Positions 46,081-55,009 of a DNA stretch of 64,000 nucleotides are shown piece by piece. The first letter of the stretch is position 1, and every line of letters starts with the position of its first letter. Below the pieces are notes generated by a model that was not told where the DNA came from, made no database searches, and saw only the letters and a list, made by a program, of their open reading frames with translations. The stretch lies in assembly GCA_051874695.1 (NCBI GenBank), contig JBJEGC010000012.1, forward strand, positions 328 through 64,327, in the 5' to 3' direction. This DNA comes from Candidatus Bruticola sp. GTDB taxonomy: Bacteria; Vulcanimicrobiota; Xenobia; Xenobiales; Xenobiaceae. The position numbers and the translations under genes are program-made.

Positions 46081-46386
46081 CTAACGGCGGGCACCGCCAT
46101 GGTTCTTGAAACATTCGCTACAGTAAATAGGTTTGTCGTTGCGGGGACGGAAAGGCACTTTGGCCGTTTGGCCGCACTCTGCACAGATTACTTCGAACAT
46201 TTCACGAGTACCGTTGGAACGGCCTAAGTCGCCATTTTCGCGGTTACGTTTGTGAATGCGGCGGCATTCTGGGCAGCGCCGGGGGTCACTGGAAAAACCT
46301 TTAGACGCATAAAATTCTTGTTCTCCGGCAGTGAAGACAAAATCGTTTCCACAGTCGCAGCAGGTTAAAGTACGATCAGAAAACAC
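46081..46386 (-). CDS. double zinc-ribbon protein
   Basis: Two CxxC...CxxC units (CCDCG...CPECRR; CAECG...CSECF), each with FxAxEQxFY-like spacing. Confidence 0.5.
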   Translation of the reverse strand: MFSDRTLTCCDCGNDFVFTAGEQEFYASKGFSSDPRRCPECRRIHKRNRENGDLGRSNGTREMFEVICAECGQTAKVPFRPRNDKPIYCSECFKNHGGARR

Positions 46387-47196
46387 TCAAATTCCCTCCA
46401 ATAAGGAACATAGCCAACGGGAACGCGAGCTTCGTAAGACATATTTCCCACAGTCTGAACAACTTAGAAAACTTAGGACACTAACAAGCCAAATTCGCGG
46501 CTCGCGACGGTCCATATGGTCGGCATCAGAGTACTTTATTTGATTTCGCACTTAGACGCACTTCCAGCCCTTATTCCTATGTGTGCTGTAAACCGTTTAT
46601 TTTGTAGCTATGATCGCAATAATAACTGAAAAAAACTTGCAAAGTTTAAAGCGTCCGTATAGTTGCAGTCCATGTCTGCATAGCCGCAGAAAGTATCCTT
46701 TCGGCAATGGCACTGGAGACGAAAATATTACAGATTAAACTTCCAAACTCGTATTTACAAGTAAAAATACAATTAAATGCAATCAAAAAAACAATTAGCA
46801 CTAAGGAAAGCCGCAGCTTTAATTCCAATTCGCATTGAGATTGTAAAACGGCTAAAAAGAGTAGTCAAGGACTCGAACTGTCGAAATGTTCCCCAAAAAT
46901 TAATCTAAGAAAGTTGTTTTTCAGTAATTTAAGCTTATTCTGCACTAATAAAATCGATAAAAACGTATATTTATATTCGTTTCTGCAAATTGTACGTATT
47001 AATGTAAGCAGATTATTTTTTTTATTAGATAAATACGTAAGTATTTTCAGCAGACAGTTAGAGCTACGAGTGACATTTTTGTCTGTTTTTGTGAAGCAAA
47101 ATAACTGAATATAAGCTTTTGAAGATAATTCAGCTGTCTGCACCAGCTTGATTTGCTGCAAGTTTGGGCTGATGCAGGCAGTTAATGTCAGCATAA

Positions 47197-48912
47197 TCAC
47201 TGACTAATGAGCTTGCGCAAATCGCCATACTGTCTGATTTTAAACCAAGTCAGTTCTCCGTTAAGTAGGTATCGCCAGGCGACTGCGCCCATTTTTAGGA
47301 AGTTAGCTGCCCAAGCTAGTATAAACGGGACATGCCAGTGAAGCTTAAAATACTCACGGTGTTTGAGCAAAAAGCGGATAAAGCTTTTAGGAACGAATGA
47401 TTTGGAGACTAGGCAATAAACAGCCAAGTAAAAGCGATCTTCAGGGCTGCGCGGCCAGTCCATGGAGACGCGGAACTGCTTCCAAGCTTTATTGTTCAGC
47501 CCTTCCACTTGATTGGCATTAATTTTCCCTTCAGCCAAAAGGCGTTTGGTAATAGCTGTGCCGGGGAAATAATTTAGAGAGTAGAAATAAATGTCGTAGG
47601 GGCGTTCCAGAGCTAACAAAAACTGAGCTGTTTCTAGCTTCATTTCTTCCGAAGCCCAAGGGTTGTCAATAATAAGATCGTAAACCGCATTGATATTTAG
47701 TTCTTTATTGAATTTAGAAAAAGCCAAAATATTGTTGTTACCCGGCACTCTGTTATGTACGGCTAAGCTTTCTTGAGGAGAGCCACTCTCAATGCCAGTT
47801 TGTAGGCGTACTAACCCGGCTTTCTTGAGTTTCTCCAAGAAAGGACGTTTCAGCATGGGGGGAATAAGCATGCATTCGAAGGGAAGGTGAATGCGCTGCG
47901 GATACTTGGTGCAGAATTCATCTACCCATGCGGCCGGAGCAGCAAAAGCTGTATCATCATCTATTTTTACTCTGGCCAGGCGAGGAAAACGATCTTTTAT
48001 ATATTCAAGTTCACCCAATATGTGCTCAACTGAGCGCAAGCGGTAAAACTTTTGCTTATCTGCGGCAAATTTTTCGCGCAAAATAGATACATAACAGTAA
48101 GAGCAATTGTAGGGACAGCCTCTAGAACAATAAATGCGGTATTCTGCCGTACGTTTCCAAGGCTCTTCATTATGAATAGTTTTATCTTCAATATAAAATT
48201 TATTAAAGTCGTCTATGTCGGGATAGGGAAGCTCATCCAAATTGGCAATAAGCGGGCGCATATCATTTCTGAAAATTTGCCCGTTGATCTTGGCCCAAAT
48301 ATTGGGAATATTGCCGGTAAACTGATGATTGTATAGCGCTTCGCACAAGTCGATTAGGGGAGCTTCTCCTTCTCCAAGGCAGATGTAGTCTGCATAATCG
48401 AGAGCCCCTTCAGGTACAGCCGTAACATGAATCCCTCCCCAACAAATTGGTAAGTTTGGAAAACGTTCTTTTAAACGTACAGTGAGCTTTTCTGCCATGG
48501 AAAGCAGGCTGGAAATAAAACCTATACCTATAAAATTTGCTTTTTTCTCATCAATAATTTTGAAAACTAACTCTAGCTCTTCGGCGGAAGGCATCTCTAA
48601 TTTGTTGTTGACCCAGTCTCTCAGGAATATCAAATTCACTTCAAAACCTGCGCGGCGCAGAGCTGCCGATAAATAACGCAGGCCCGAATTTTCCACGCTG
48701 TACATGGCTATGAGGGCTACGCTAAATTTTTTGGGCTGACCGTACCAGCCTGATTTGGGAGCCCAAGGAGCTTGAGGATTTTGGACTGATGAACCTACGG
48801 CAGGATTAAAAACTGCTTCAGCAGATCCTGGAGAGGCTCCAGGAACTGAGGCAATTTGCTCTTTGCACTCATTCTGTATATTCTGTATAGTTTGGATAGA
48901 TGAATCTAACAT
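47197..48912 (-). CDS. B12-binding-domain radical SAM protein (class B)
   Basis: Cobalamin-binding region (...IGIGFISSLL...PICWGGIHVTAVPE...YICLGEGE), then YCSRGCPYNCSYC (CxxxCxxC). Confidence 0.8.
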   Translation of the reverse strand: MLDSSIQTIQNIQNECKEQIASVPGASPGSAEAVFNPAVGSSVQNPQAPWAPKSGWYGQPKKFSVALIAMYSVENSGLRYLSAALRRAGFEVNLIFLRDWVNNKLEMPSAEELELVFKIIDEKKANFIGIGFISSLLSMAEKLTVRLKERFPNLPICWGGIHVTAVPEGALDYADYICLGEGEAPLIDLCEALYNHQFTGNIPNIWAKINGQIFRNDMRPLIANLDELPYPDIDDFNKFYIEDKTIHNEEPWKRTAEYRIYCSRGCPYNCSYCYVSILREKFAADKQKFYRLRSVEHILGELEYIKDRFPRLARVKIDDDTAFAAPAAWVDEFCTKYPQRIHLPFECMLIPPMLKRPFLEKLKKAGLVRLQTGIESGSPQESLAVHNRVPGNNNILAFSKFNKELNINAVYDLIIDNPWASEEMKLETAQFLLALERPYDIYFYSLNYFPGTAITKRLLAEGKINANQVEGLNNKAWKQFRVSMDWPRSPEDRFYLAVYCLVSKSFVPKSFIRFLLKHREYFKLHWHVPFILAWAANFLKMGAVAWRYLLNGELTWFKIRQYGDLRKLISQ

Positions 48913-50084
48913 AGTGGAGGAACCTTTTTTATTATTTCTGCTAATTCTGAAGGTGAGGGTAGTTGCTTATCCGGAAAACGACGGAAGTTTAGGTTGAGGG
49001 CATTTATAAAAGATGAGCTGTTATGCATAGTTAAGGCTATTTCCCACCAGCAAGGACGGAAACAAGCTTGACAGTTGCGGCGTAGTTCCTTTATTTTGGC
49101 CAGATTGCGTTGGTGTTTATACCAGCTTATAAAGTTGTCTTCATATACTTTGGGGTGATCTTCAGGAGATTCGTCTTGAAAATGGCACATGGAACAGCGT
49201 CCGTCCGGGCTGACAGAGAAGCTGAGAGTGCCCGTTTGGCAGTCGATCCCAGTTCCCCAAAAGTTCGCATTGAGTGAAGCTGATTTCTCTGGGGAAGTCT
49301 CTTGACATCCGCACTTTAAGAAATTAATCATAGCCTTCAGATAAGGCATAGAGTTAAAAATAGGAGAATGGGACTGCTTTTTCAGCCTGCACAGATATTC
49401 TAACAGACAATCCAGTTTGGCTTCATCTTGGCTGGCAAAACGCATATCTTCCGAATCGGGGGAGCAGCTGAGAATTTCACCCTGATAGCTGTGCTTTTCT
49501 AAAGGCACCAAAGATAGATAAAAATTGTAAGCTTTGGCAATGGCCACCATTTGGGGAATGTCATTTATGTTGCGTGCTGATACCACGCAGTTTAATATGC
49601 CGGTACCTGATCTTTTCTGTATATAAGAAGACCAGAAACGGACTCGCTCAATAATTTTCGCCCAAATTTCCGGCTTATGACAAATTTCACTCTGCACTTG
49701 AGGATTAGGCGTATCTAACGATATAGATATGTGGCGCAGACCTGCAGCGGCTACCGCCTCATGTAGATCCGGAGAACCTGCTAGAGCATTAGTAAGAACT
49801 CGGGTTTCAATACCGTTATTGATAAAAGCAGCGACAATTTGCGGTAAGTCTGAGCGCAAAAAAGGCTCCCCGCCGCCTAATGATATGGCCGTTGTGCCCA
49901 GTTGACGGAAGTGGCTGGCCGCAGTCTCGATTTGTTCTAAACTGAGCTCCTCATCTTTGTTGCCTTTTTTCCATAAACCGCACATGGCGCAAGTTAAATT
50001 GCATCGATGAGTTAGACCAAAGTGTACGTAAATAGGCGTATTACCACCGATTATAGCTTTCAGAACCGGCCAAGGGTTTCTCAT
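48906..50084 (-). CDS. radical SAM protein with SPASM/twitch-like Cys-rich C-terminal domain
   Basis: HRCNLTCAMC (CxxxCxxC) and GGGEPFL. The C-terminal half has 9 or more Cys (CGCQ...CQTG...CSMCH...CQACFRPC). 7-nt overlap with the downstream gene. Confidence 0.75.
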   Translation of the reverse strand: MRNPWPVLKAIIGGNTPIYVHFGLTHRCNLTCAMCGLWKKGNKDEELSLEQIETAASHFRQLGTTAISLGGGEPFLRSDLPQIVAAFINNGIETRVLTNALAGSPDLHEAVAAAGLRHISISLDTPNPQVQSEICHKPEIWAKIIERVRFWSSYIQKRSGTGILNCVVSARNINDIPQMVAIAKAYNFYLSLVPLEKHSYQGEILSCSPDSEDMRFASQDEAKLDCLLEYLCRLKKQSHSPIFNSMPYLKAMINFLKCGCQETSPEKSASLNANFWGTGIDCQTGTLSFSVSPDGRCSMCHFQDESPEDHPKVYEDNFISWYKHQRNLAKIKELRRNCQACFRPCWWEIALTMHNSSSFINALNLNFRRFPDKQLPSPSELAEIIKKVPPLC

Positions 50085-51538
50085 AATTTTAAAATCTCCC
50101 AGCCGGCTTTTAATTTGCGGGCCATGTCGTGGAAATTTTTCAGCTCCAGCAGTTTGCGGAACATCTGTTTGGGACGCAGGTAGAAGCGTTTAAAGGCCTG
50201 ATCGCACAGAGAGCTTAATTCAGCAGCGCTGAAAAATTCCGTCCAGACTTGCGGCTTAAAGTTAGGATACGGATTGGCTAGGAATTGATCCCAATGATTA
50301 GGATCGAGTATGCCCTTCTCAATGCCCTGATTATAAACTAACGTGTTGGGATAGGGAGTCAAAATACCGAAGAGAGCGTAGTCCGGATCTAGAGAAATGG
50401 CAAAATCGACAGTTTTGTTTATTTCATCTAGAGAACTATCGTGGGGGCAGCCTATCATAAAGTAGCATACGGTGGTTAAGCCTTCGTCGGTAAGCATATT
50501 AAAAGCTTGGCGCACTTTCGCTGTAGTTAAATTTTTGTTGAGCGCTTTCATTCCCTCGTCGGTGCCAGATTCTACTCCGATATGCACCCGAGTACATCCT
50601 GCACTGCGCATGGCCTTCACTGTTTCTGGAGTGATACAGTTGGCTCTGGCTCTGATATTCCAGTTAACTTTTATGGAACGCTTTTTGATCTCGCTGCATA
50701 TGGCTAAAACGCGATCTTGGCGCACATTGAAAGTGTCGTCTACAATATATACTTCGTGGACTCCCAGCTTAGCACACTCAGCCAACTCGTCCACTACTGA
50801 TTCCGCACTGCGCCATCTCCAGGTTGTGCGCCCGGGGGTATTGCAGAATGAGCATTTGTAGGGACAGCCGCGGCTGGTTAACAACGAAGTGGCGACAGCT
50901 TCACTGCCTAGTACATAGCTGTATTTGCGATAATCGAGAATTTCACGCCGAGGAAAAGGCAAACTATCTAAATCGGCTATGGGGGGACGGGTTGGGGTTT
51001 GTACAATTTGCTGTTGTTCGTTTTTAAAATATATACCGTTTATTTTTTGCAGATTGTTGGCCAAAGTTTGGCTGTCGTACCCGGATTCTTCATTCCAGGC
51101 TGCTGTATGAGCGGCTACAACTTCTGTAAAAGCTTCTTCTCCTTCAAAAGGAATGCAGCCGTCTACGCAGCTGTATTTCATACACTGAGCGGGAAAATCA
51201 GAAACGTGAGGACCACCCCAAAATATTCTTACTCTGCTTCCCAGCTCTTCTTTGGCTATCTGGGAAGTTTGCATCATATCGATTAAATCGTGAGTATGTC
51301 CGGTTATACCTACAACTTGAGGTCGGTAATCAGCTATGATTTTGCGCAGGTGAGTGCTGTGAAGGTGGTCGGCCAGGCAATCGACTATGCGCACTTCCGA
51401 CTGAGAATATTTATGCAGATGAGCCTCTAGATACATTAATCCCAAAGGCGGTATAGTGTTTGTTTCAGCGTTGACTGTGGTAGGGACTTCTGAGGATATG
51501 CTGTTGTCGCGCGGCGGGTTAATTAAAAGTATCTTCAT
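50081..51538 (-). CDS. B12-binding-domain radical SAM protein (class B)
   Basis: MKILLINPP B12-domain start, then SRGCPYKCSFCNTP. 4-nt overlap with the downstream gene. Confidence 0.8.
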   Translation of the reverse strand: MKILLINPPRDNSISSEVPTTVNAETNTIPPLGLMYLEAHLHKYSQSEVRIVDCLADHLHSTHLRKIIADYRPQVVGITGHTHDLIDMMQTSQIAKEELGSRVRIFWGGPHVSDFPAQCMKYSCVDGCIPFEGEEAFTEVVAAHTAAWNEESGYDSQTLANNLQKINGIYFKNEQQQIVQTPTRPPIADLDSLPFPRREILDYRKYSYVLGSEAVATSLLTSRGCPYKCSFCNTPGRTTWRWRSAESVVDELAECAKLGVHEVYIVDDTFNVRQDRVLAICSEIKKRSIKVNWNIRARANCITPETVKAMRSAGCTRVHIGVESGTDEGMKALNKNLTTAKVRQAFNMLTDEGLTTVCYFMIGCPHDSSLDEINKTVDFAISLDPDYALFGILTPYPNTLVYNQGIEKGILDPNHWDQFLANPYPNFKPQVWTEFFSAAELSSLCDQAFKRFYLRPKQMFRKLLELKNFHDMARKLKAGWEILKL

Positions 51539-51600
51539 AAAATTTCCTATAATGAAAGATCACAATCGCTGACAGAATTAAGATAACTATTTATAAGCTG

Positions 51601-52632
51601 CTATTTTTGGCTCAATCTGCTGCCCATGGCCATAACCCACTGCATTATGGTTCGGTGATTGAGTGAGAAAAGCAGATTATATTCCGTAAAACAGGTTGCA
51701 GAGCAACTATGGCAGGGAAGAGGCTGGCTGCTGACTTGAGAGGCAGCTTCAGCAAATCCTAGCTCCAGAGCACTGGGACCGGGTTTATCTCCTATCAACA
51801 GAGAACAAGGGTAAAGACGACCGTCGGCGTCTATATTTAGATAAAACCGTCCGGCCCAGCATTTACTCCAGCCAATACCTCCTTGGACAGAAGTATTTTG
51901 GCTGAAGTCTTGCCAATTCAAAAGATGATCTAGGCATTGAATTGAATTGCCGATCCTGCGCCCCCTTAGTTTAGCTTCTTTTAGATAGCGCAGACAATCT
52001 TTATATTCTTGGTCGGAAGGACGCAGAGGGTTGTTAACGCCAAAATGTTCACTGTGATGCAGAACTTGAAATGTAGGAGTGAAGTTGTACTTGTCAGCCT
52101 GGTCTAGTATCCACTCTACTTTGTTAATGTTATTTGAAGTTAGTACAGTAATGGTCCAAAGAGCTACTTGACTGGCTGAGGCTGTTTCCACCGCAGCCAT
52201 AGCCTTGGCAAAAGATCCAGGTTCTCGGTTGGCATCGTGAGCTTCTTCCGGGCCGTCTAACGAAATAATTAGGTGGTCAAGTTCTTTCAGCAGAGAGGCT
52301 TTTTGAGGAACCAGATAGCCGTTTGTGTCTAAAGTTGTATATAAACCAGAGTGCCTGGCATAAGCGACCAGCTCTTCAATGTCACTGCGCAGTAAAGGTT
52401 CTCCTCCCCAGATTCCCAATCGCTGAATTCCGAAGTCGGCCATCTGTTTGATGAGTGTTTTTATCTGCTCCGTTGTTAGTTCAGGTTGTTTTCTGGCAGG
52501 AATTTTGCAGTAGCGGCAGCGCGACTGACAGGTGTTATTTGTGGCTATAGTTGCAAAAATAGGGCGAGGCGAACCAGTAAGGCGTCCCTTTAGAACCGCC
52601 GCTCCTGCTTTGGCCATGGTTATAAATTTCAT
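51601..52632 (-). CDS. radical SAM protein with SPASM/twitch-like C-terminal Cys cluster
   Basis: CQSRCRYC (CxxxCxxC), GGEPLL, and C-terminal CWAG...YPCSLL...CHSCSATC. Confidence 0.75.
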   Translation of the reverse strand: MKFITMAKAGAAVLKGRLTGSPRPIFATIATNNTCQSRCRYCKIPARKQPELTTEQIKTLIKQMADFGIQRLGIWGGEPLLRSDIEELVAYARHSGLYTTLDTNGYLVPQKASLLKELDHLIISLDGPEEAHDANREPGSFAKAMAAVETASASQVALWTITVLTSNNINKVEWILDQADKYNFTPTFQVLHHSEHFGVNNPLRPSDQEYKDCLRYLKEAKLRGRRIGNSIQCLDHLLNWQDFSQNTSVQGGIGWSKCWAGRFYLNIDADGRLYPCSLLIGDKPGPSALELGFAEAASQVSSQPLPCHSCSATCFTEYNLLFSLNHRTIMQWVMAMGSRLSQK

Positions 52633-52747
52633 ATGGTTTTTCTTTGCCTGACTGTGAATTAAGATTTATAAGTAAATTTGGCCCAAGCGGAAGCGGACAC
52701 AAAGTTTACACCGCAGAGAACTGTTCACCACCGATTGTATCTTGAAC

Positions 52748-54763
52748 TTACGTCTTGTCGTTGTCTGAAGCAAGTTTAGAAGCACGATTGCTTATTTCTG
52801 CACTTCCAGACGGGCCCAAAGCCGGACTTTTGCGCAGAGCCAAGATATTCTTTGCGACAGAAGAGGCTACCGGGCGTGGCGATGCAGGAGCTGCTGAGGG
52901 GCGATCTGCGTTCGATAAAGATGCAGATGCCGGGCGTCCGGTATTAGGATGGGGTAATGACGAGTGTCGTCCAGCTACCGAAGGCGGCAGAGGCGGAGCG
53001 GTAGGACGGGGGGCTGGGGATGGAGCAGGCCGCCCAGCGGCGGAGCGAGGGAGAGGCGGAGCAGTGGGGCGGGTGCTTGGTGCTGAAACCTGGCGCTCAG
53101 CGGTTGAAGGAGGTAGTGGCGGAGCTACCGGGGGCTTGGATAGTATTGATGTTGACTGTGTCGTTGCGGCGTGGGGCAGTGGCGGAGCGGCCGACTGCCT
53201 AGGCTGTGCTGAAGCCGACGGTTGAGTTAATTTTGCAGAAGAAGATAACGGAAGTGCAGCCGAGCGATCAGACATTAAGTCTGAGACTGCAGCTGGACTA
53301 ACTGCCGGAGATTCTGTTGAAGTATGTTCCTCTGCTGAGGATTCGTCGGAACCTAAATGGTAAATTGACTGCTTATCGGGCTTAGGACGCCTGCGCGATG
53401 AATAACTGGGAGAAGGTACATTGTTGTTTTGGTAAATTACATCTTGCGGTTTTTCTTCCTTAACTATAGGCAAGTTGAACTCTTTGTTTCCTCCGTAGTG
53501 GAGAACCGTATCGAGTGAATATCTGCATCCTTTAACGATACGCTCCAAATCGGAGTCTTTCAGGCGCGGATATATGGGTAAGTGAAGTTGGGTACGTGCC
53601 AACAAATTAGTGGTTGTTAGCTTGCTAGTGTAACTCACCGATTCCGAGAACATGGGAATTTGCTGAACAGGCTTCAGATAACCTGGGGAGGTATCGACAC
53701 TGTGGCTAGACAGTTGACGGGCTAACTTCTCGTTTTCGATGTGGCCAACAACGAATGAGGTGAAAACTGATTCTCCGTAAGACGGATATTTGGGAATAAC
53801 TAATCCGGGTAACTTGGCTTGTTGTAAAAGTTCAATAAGTTTTTTTCCGTTCTGAGTGCGCTGTTTGTTCTGTTCGTCGGCCCACTCCAGTAGGCGTCTT
53901 CCCAAAGCAGCTTGAACCGGCGAAGGTTTGGAGCTTATATCGGGAGCGTTGGTATTAATGCTGTCTTCAAACATGCTGTGCAGCGTATCTTTTCCTAGGA
54001 AAGACCAGCCGACACTAAGAAGAACGTAGGCACTTAAAGTGAAACCTACTGTGGTAGTGCCTGCCCACATAGCGGCCGCTTTGAAAATTTTGGGATAAAT
54101 GGAAGAACTGGGGGTAATATATGAATCTTCCATGCGCAGAGAAGCTACTTCTGCTAAATGTTCGTTTTGGAAGACGGCCATGCCACCGCCTAAGGTAGTA
54201 AAGTTCTTGGTCAGAGCAAATGAGAATATGGCGGCGTCACCGAAAGTACCGACCTTTTTTCCGTTGACAGAAGCTCCGAAGCCTTGGGCACAATCTTCTA
54301 TGACTACAATACTTTTGCTCCTGGCAATGGCTGCCAGTTCTTCTACCGGAGCAGGACATCCGTACATGTGGGTAATAATGACGGCTGAGACACCTTCCCA
54401 GTCTTCATCACTTATGGTCTCCGGCCCCATTACCCAGCTGCCTTCACGTATGTCTACTAAGTGAGGCTGTAGGCCGGCTGCAATAATAACCGAGGGTATA
54501 GAATGATGTGTCCAAGCGGGAATGATTACTTTGGAATGCGGAGCAAAATTTAGGCACTGCAGTATCAGATAAAGGGCCCCGCGAGCAGAGTTCATGTAAA
54601 TAGCTTTTTTAACGCCTAAAAACTCCGCAAATTTATTTTCAAATTTTTCAATTTCGCTATCTCTGGCGTTGTTAATTTCGCTGATAAGCCATTGAATATC
54701 GGTTAGGCCCAGTGCTAAATCAAACCTTGGAATAGGCCATCCGTTCTTTAAAACATTAGACAT
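52748..54763 (-). CDS. DegT-family aminotransferase domain fused to a 250-aa proline-rich tandem-repeat tail
   Basis: N-terminal 430 aa: DegT fold (CAQGFGASVNGKKVGTFGDAAIFSFALTKNFTTLGGGM). C-terminus: four repeats of the form (T/V/A)APPLP(x)S..GR. Confidence 0.7.
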   Translation of the reverse strand: MSNVLKNGWPIPRFDLALGLTDIQWLISEINNARDSEIEKFENKFAEFLGVKKAIYMNSARGALYLILQCLNFAPHSKVIIPAWTHHSIPSVIIAAGLQPHLVDIREGSWVMGPETISDEDWEGVSAVIITHMYGCPAPVEELAAIARSKSIVVIEDCAQGFGASVNGKKVGTFGDAAIFSFALTKNFTTLGGGMAVFQNEHLAEVASLRMEDSYITPSSSIYPKIFKAAAMWAGTTTVGFTLSAYVLLSVGWSFLGKDTLHSMFEDSINTNAPDISSKPSPVQAALGRRLLEWADEQNKQRTQNGKKLIELLQQAKLPGLVIPKYPSYGESVFTSFVVGHIENEKLARQLSSHSVDTSPGYLKPVQQIPMFSESVSYTSKLTTTNLLARTQLHLPIYPRLKDSDLERIVKGCRYSLDTVLHYGGNKEFNLPIVKEEKPQDVIYQNNNVPSPSYSSRRRPKPDKQSIYHLGSDESSAEEHTSTESPAVSPAAVSDLMSDRSAALPLSSSAKLTQPSASAQPRQSAAPPLPHAATTQSTSILSKPPVAPPLPPSTAERQVSAPSTRPTAPPLPRSAAGRPAPSPAPRPTAPPLPPSVAGRHSSLPHPNTGRPASASLSNADRPSAAPASPRPVASSVAKNILALRKSPALGPSGSAEISNRASKLASDNDKT
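52965..53230. repeat. imperfect tandem DNA repeats (about 45-50 nt units) encoding the APPLP repeats
   Basis: GGCGGCAGAGGCGGAGCGGTAGGACGGGG, AGCGAGGGAGAGGCGGAGCAGTGGGGCGGG, GAAGGAGGTAGTGGCGGAGCTACCGGGGG and GGCAGTGGCGGAGCGGCCGACTG recur in register. Confidence 0.5.
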
Positions 54764-55009
54764 TCTGCGTGTGCTGCAAATTGATCGCCCAAACTGCGAG
54801 CTCAGCCGTTTCGCTCCTTTACCCTTAGAAGGCGGTTGCCTCGACGGAAGATCAACTCCCCTTTCCTAAATTTGACAAATTTAATTTTTACAATTTATGC
54901 AATTTTCCGCTCAGTTCAAAGCCGATTTGCGGTATATACGAAATCTAAAAGACAATATAGTGCATACCACAATCGGTCTAAACCACCTTACTTCCAAATT
55001 TAGGTGATG

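Noticed and set aside
45877-46227. 116-aa plus-strand ORF overlapping the double zinc-ribbon gene.
   Set aside because: Antisense overlap with a CDS that has a conserved Cys pattern; no RBS.
46860-46900. Possibility that the tRNA-like fragment is the 5' end of a minus-strand tmRNA (GGGGAACAUUUCGACAG resembles GGGGCUGAUUCUGGAUUCGACGGG).
   Set aside because: No tag-peptide reading frame ending in a typical ...AA stop, and no 3' tRNA-like acceptor/T-arm with CCA found within the expected 350 nt.
46646-47200. 60- and 111-aa minus-strand ORFs in the AT-rich block.
   Set aside because: Low-complexity, AT-driven composition and no RBS. Kept only as part of the finding about possible short precursor peptides.
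52755-53225. 156-aa Gly/Ala/Arg-rich plus-strand ORF.
   Set aside because: Reverse complement of the proline-rich tail of the DegT-fusion gene; artefact of CCN codons.
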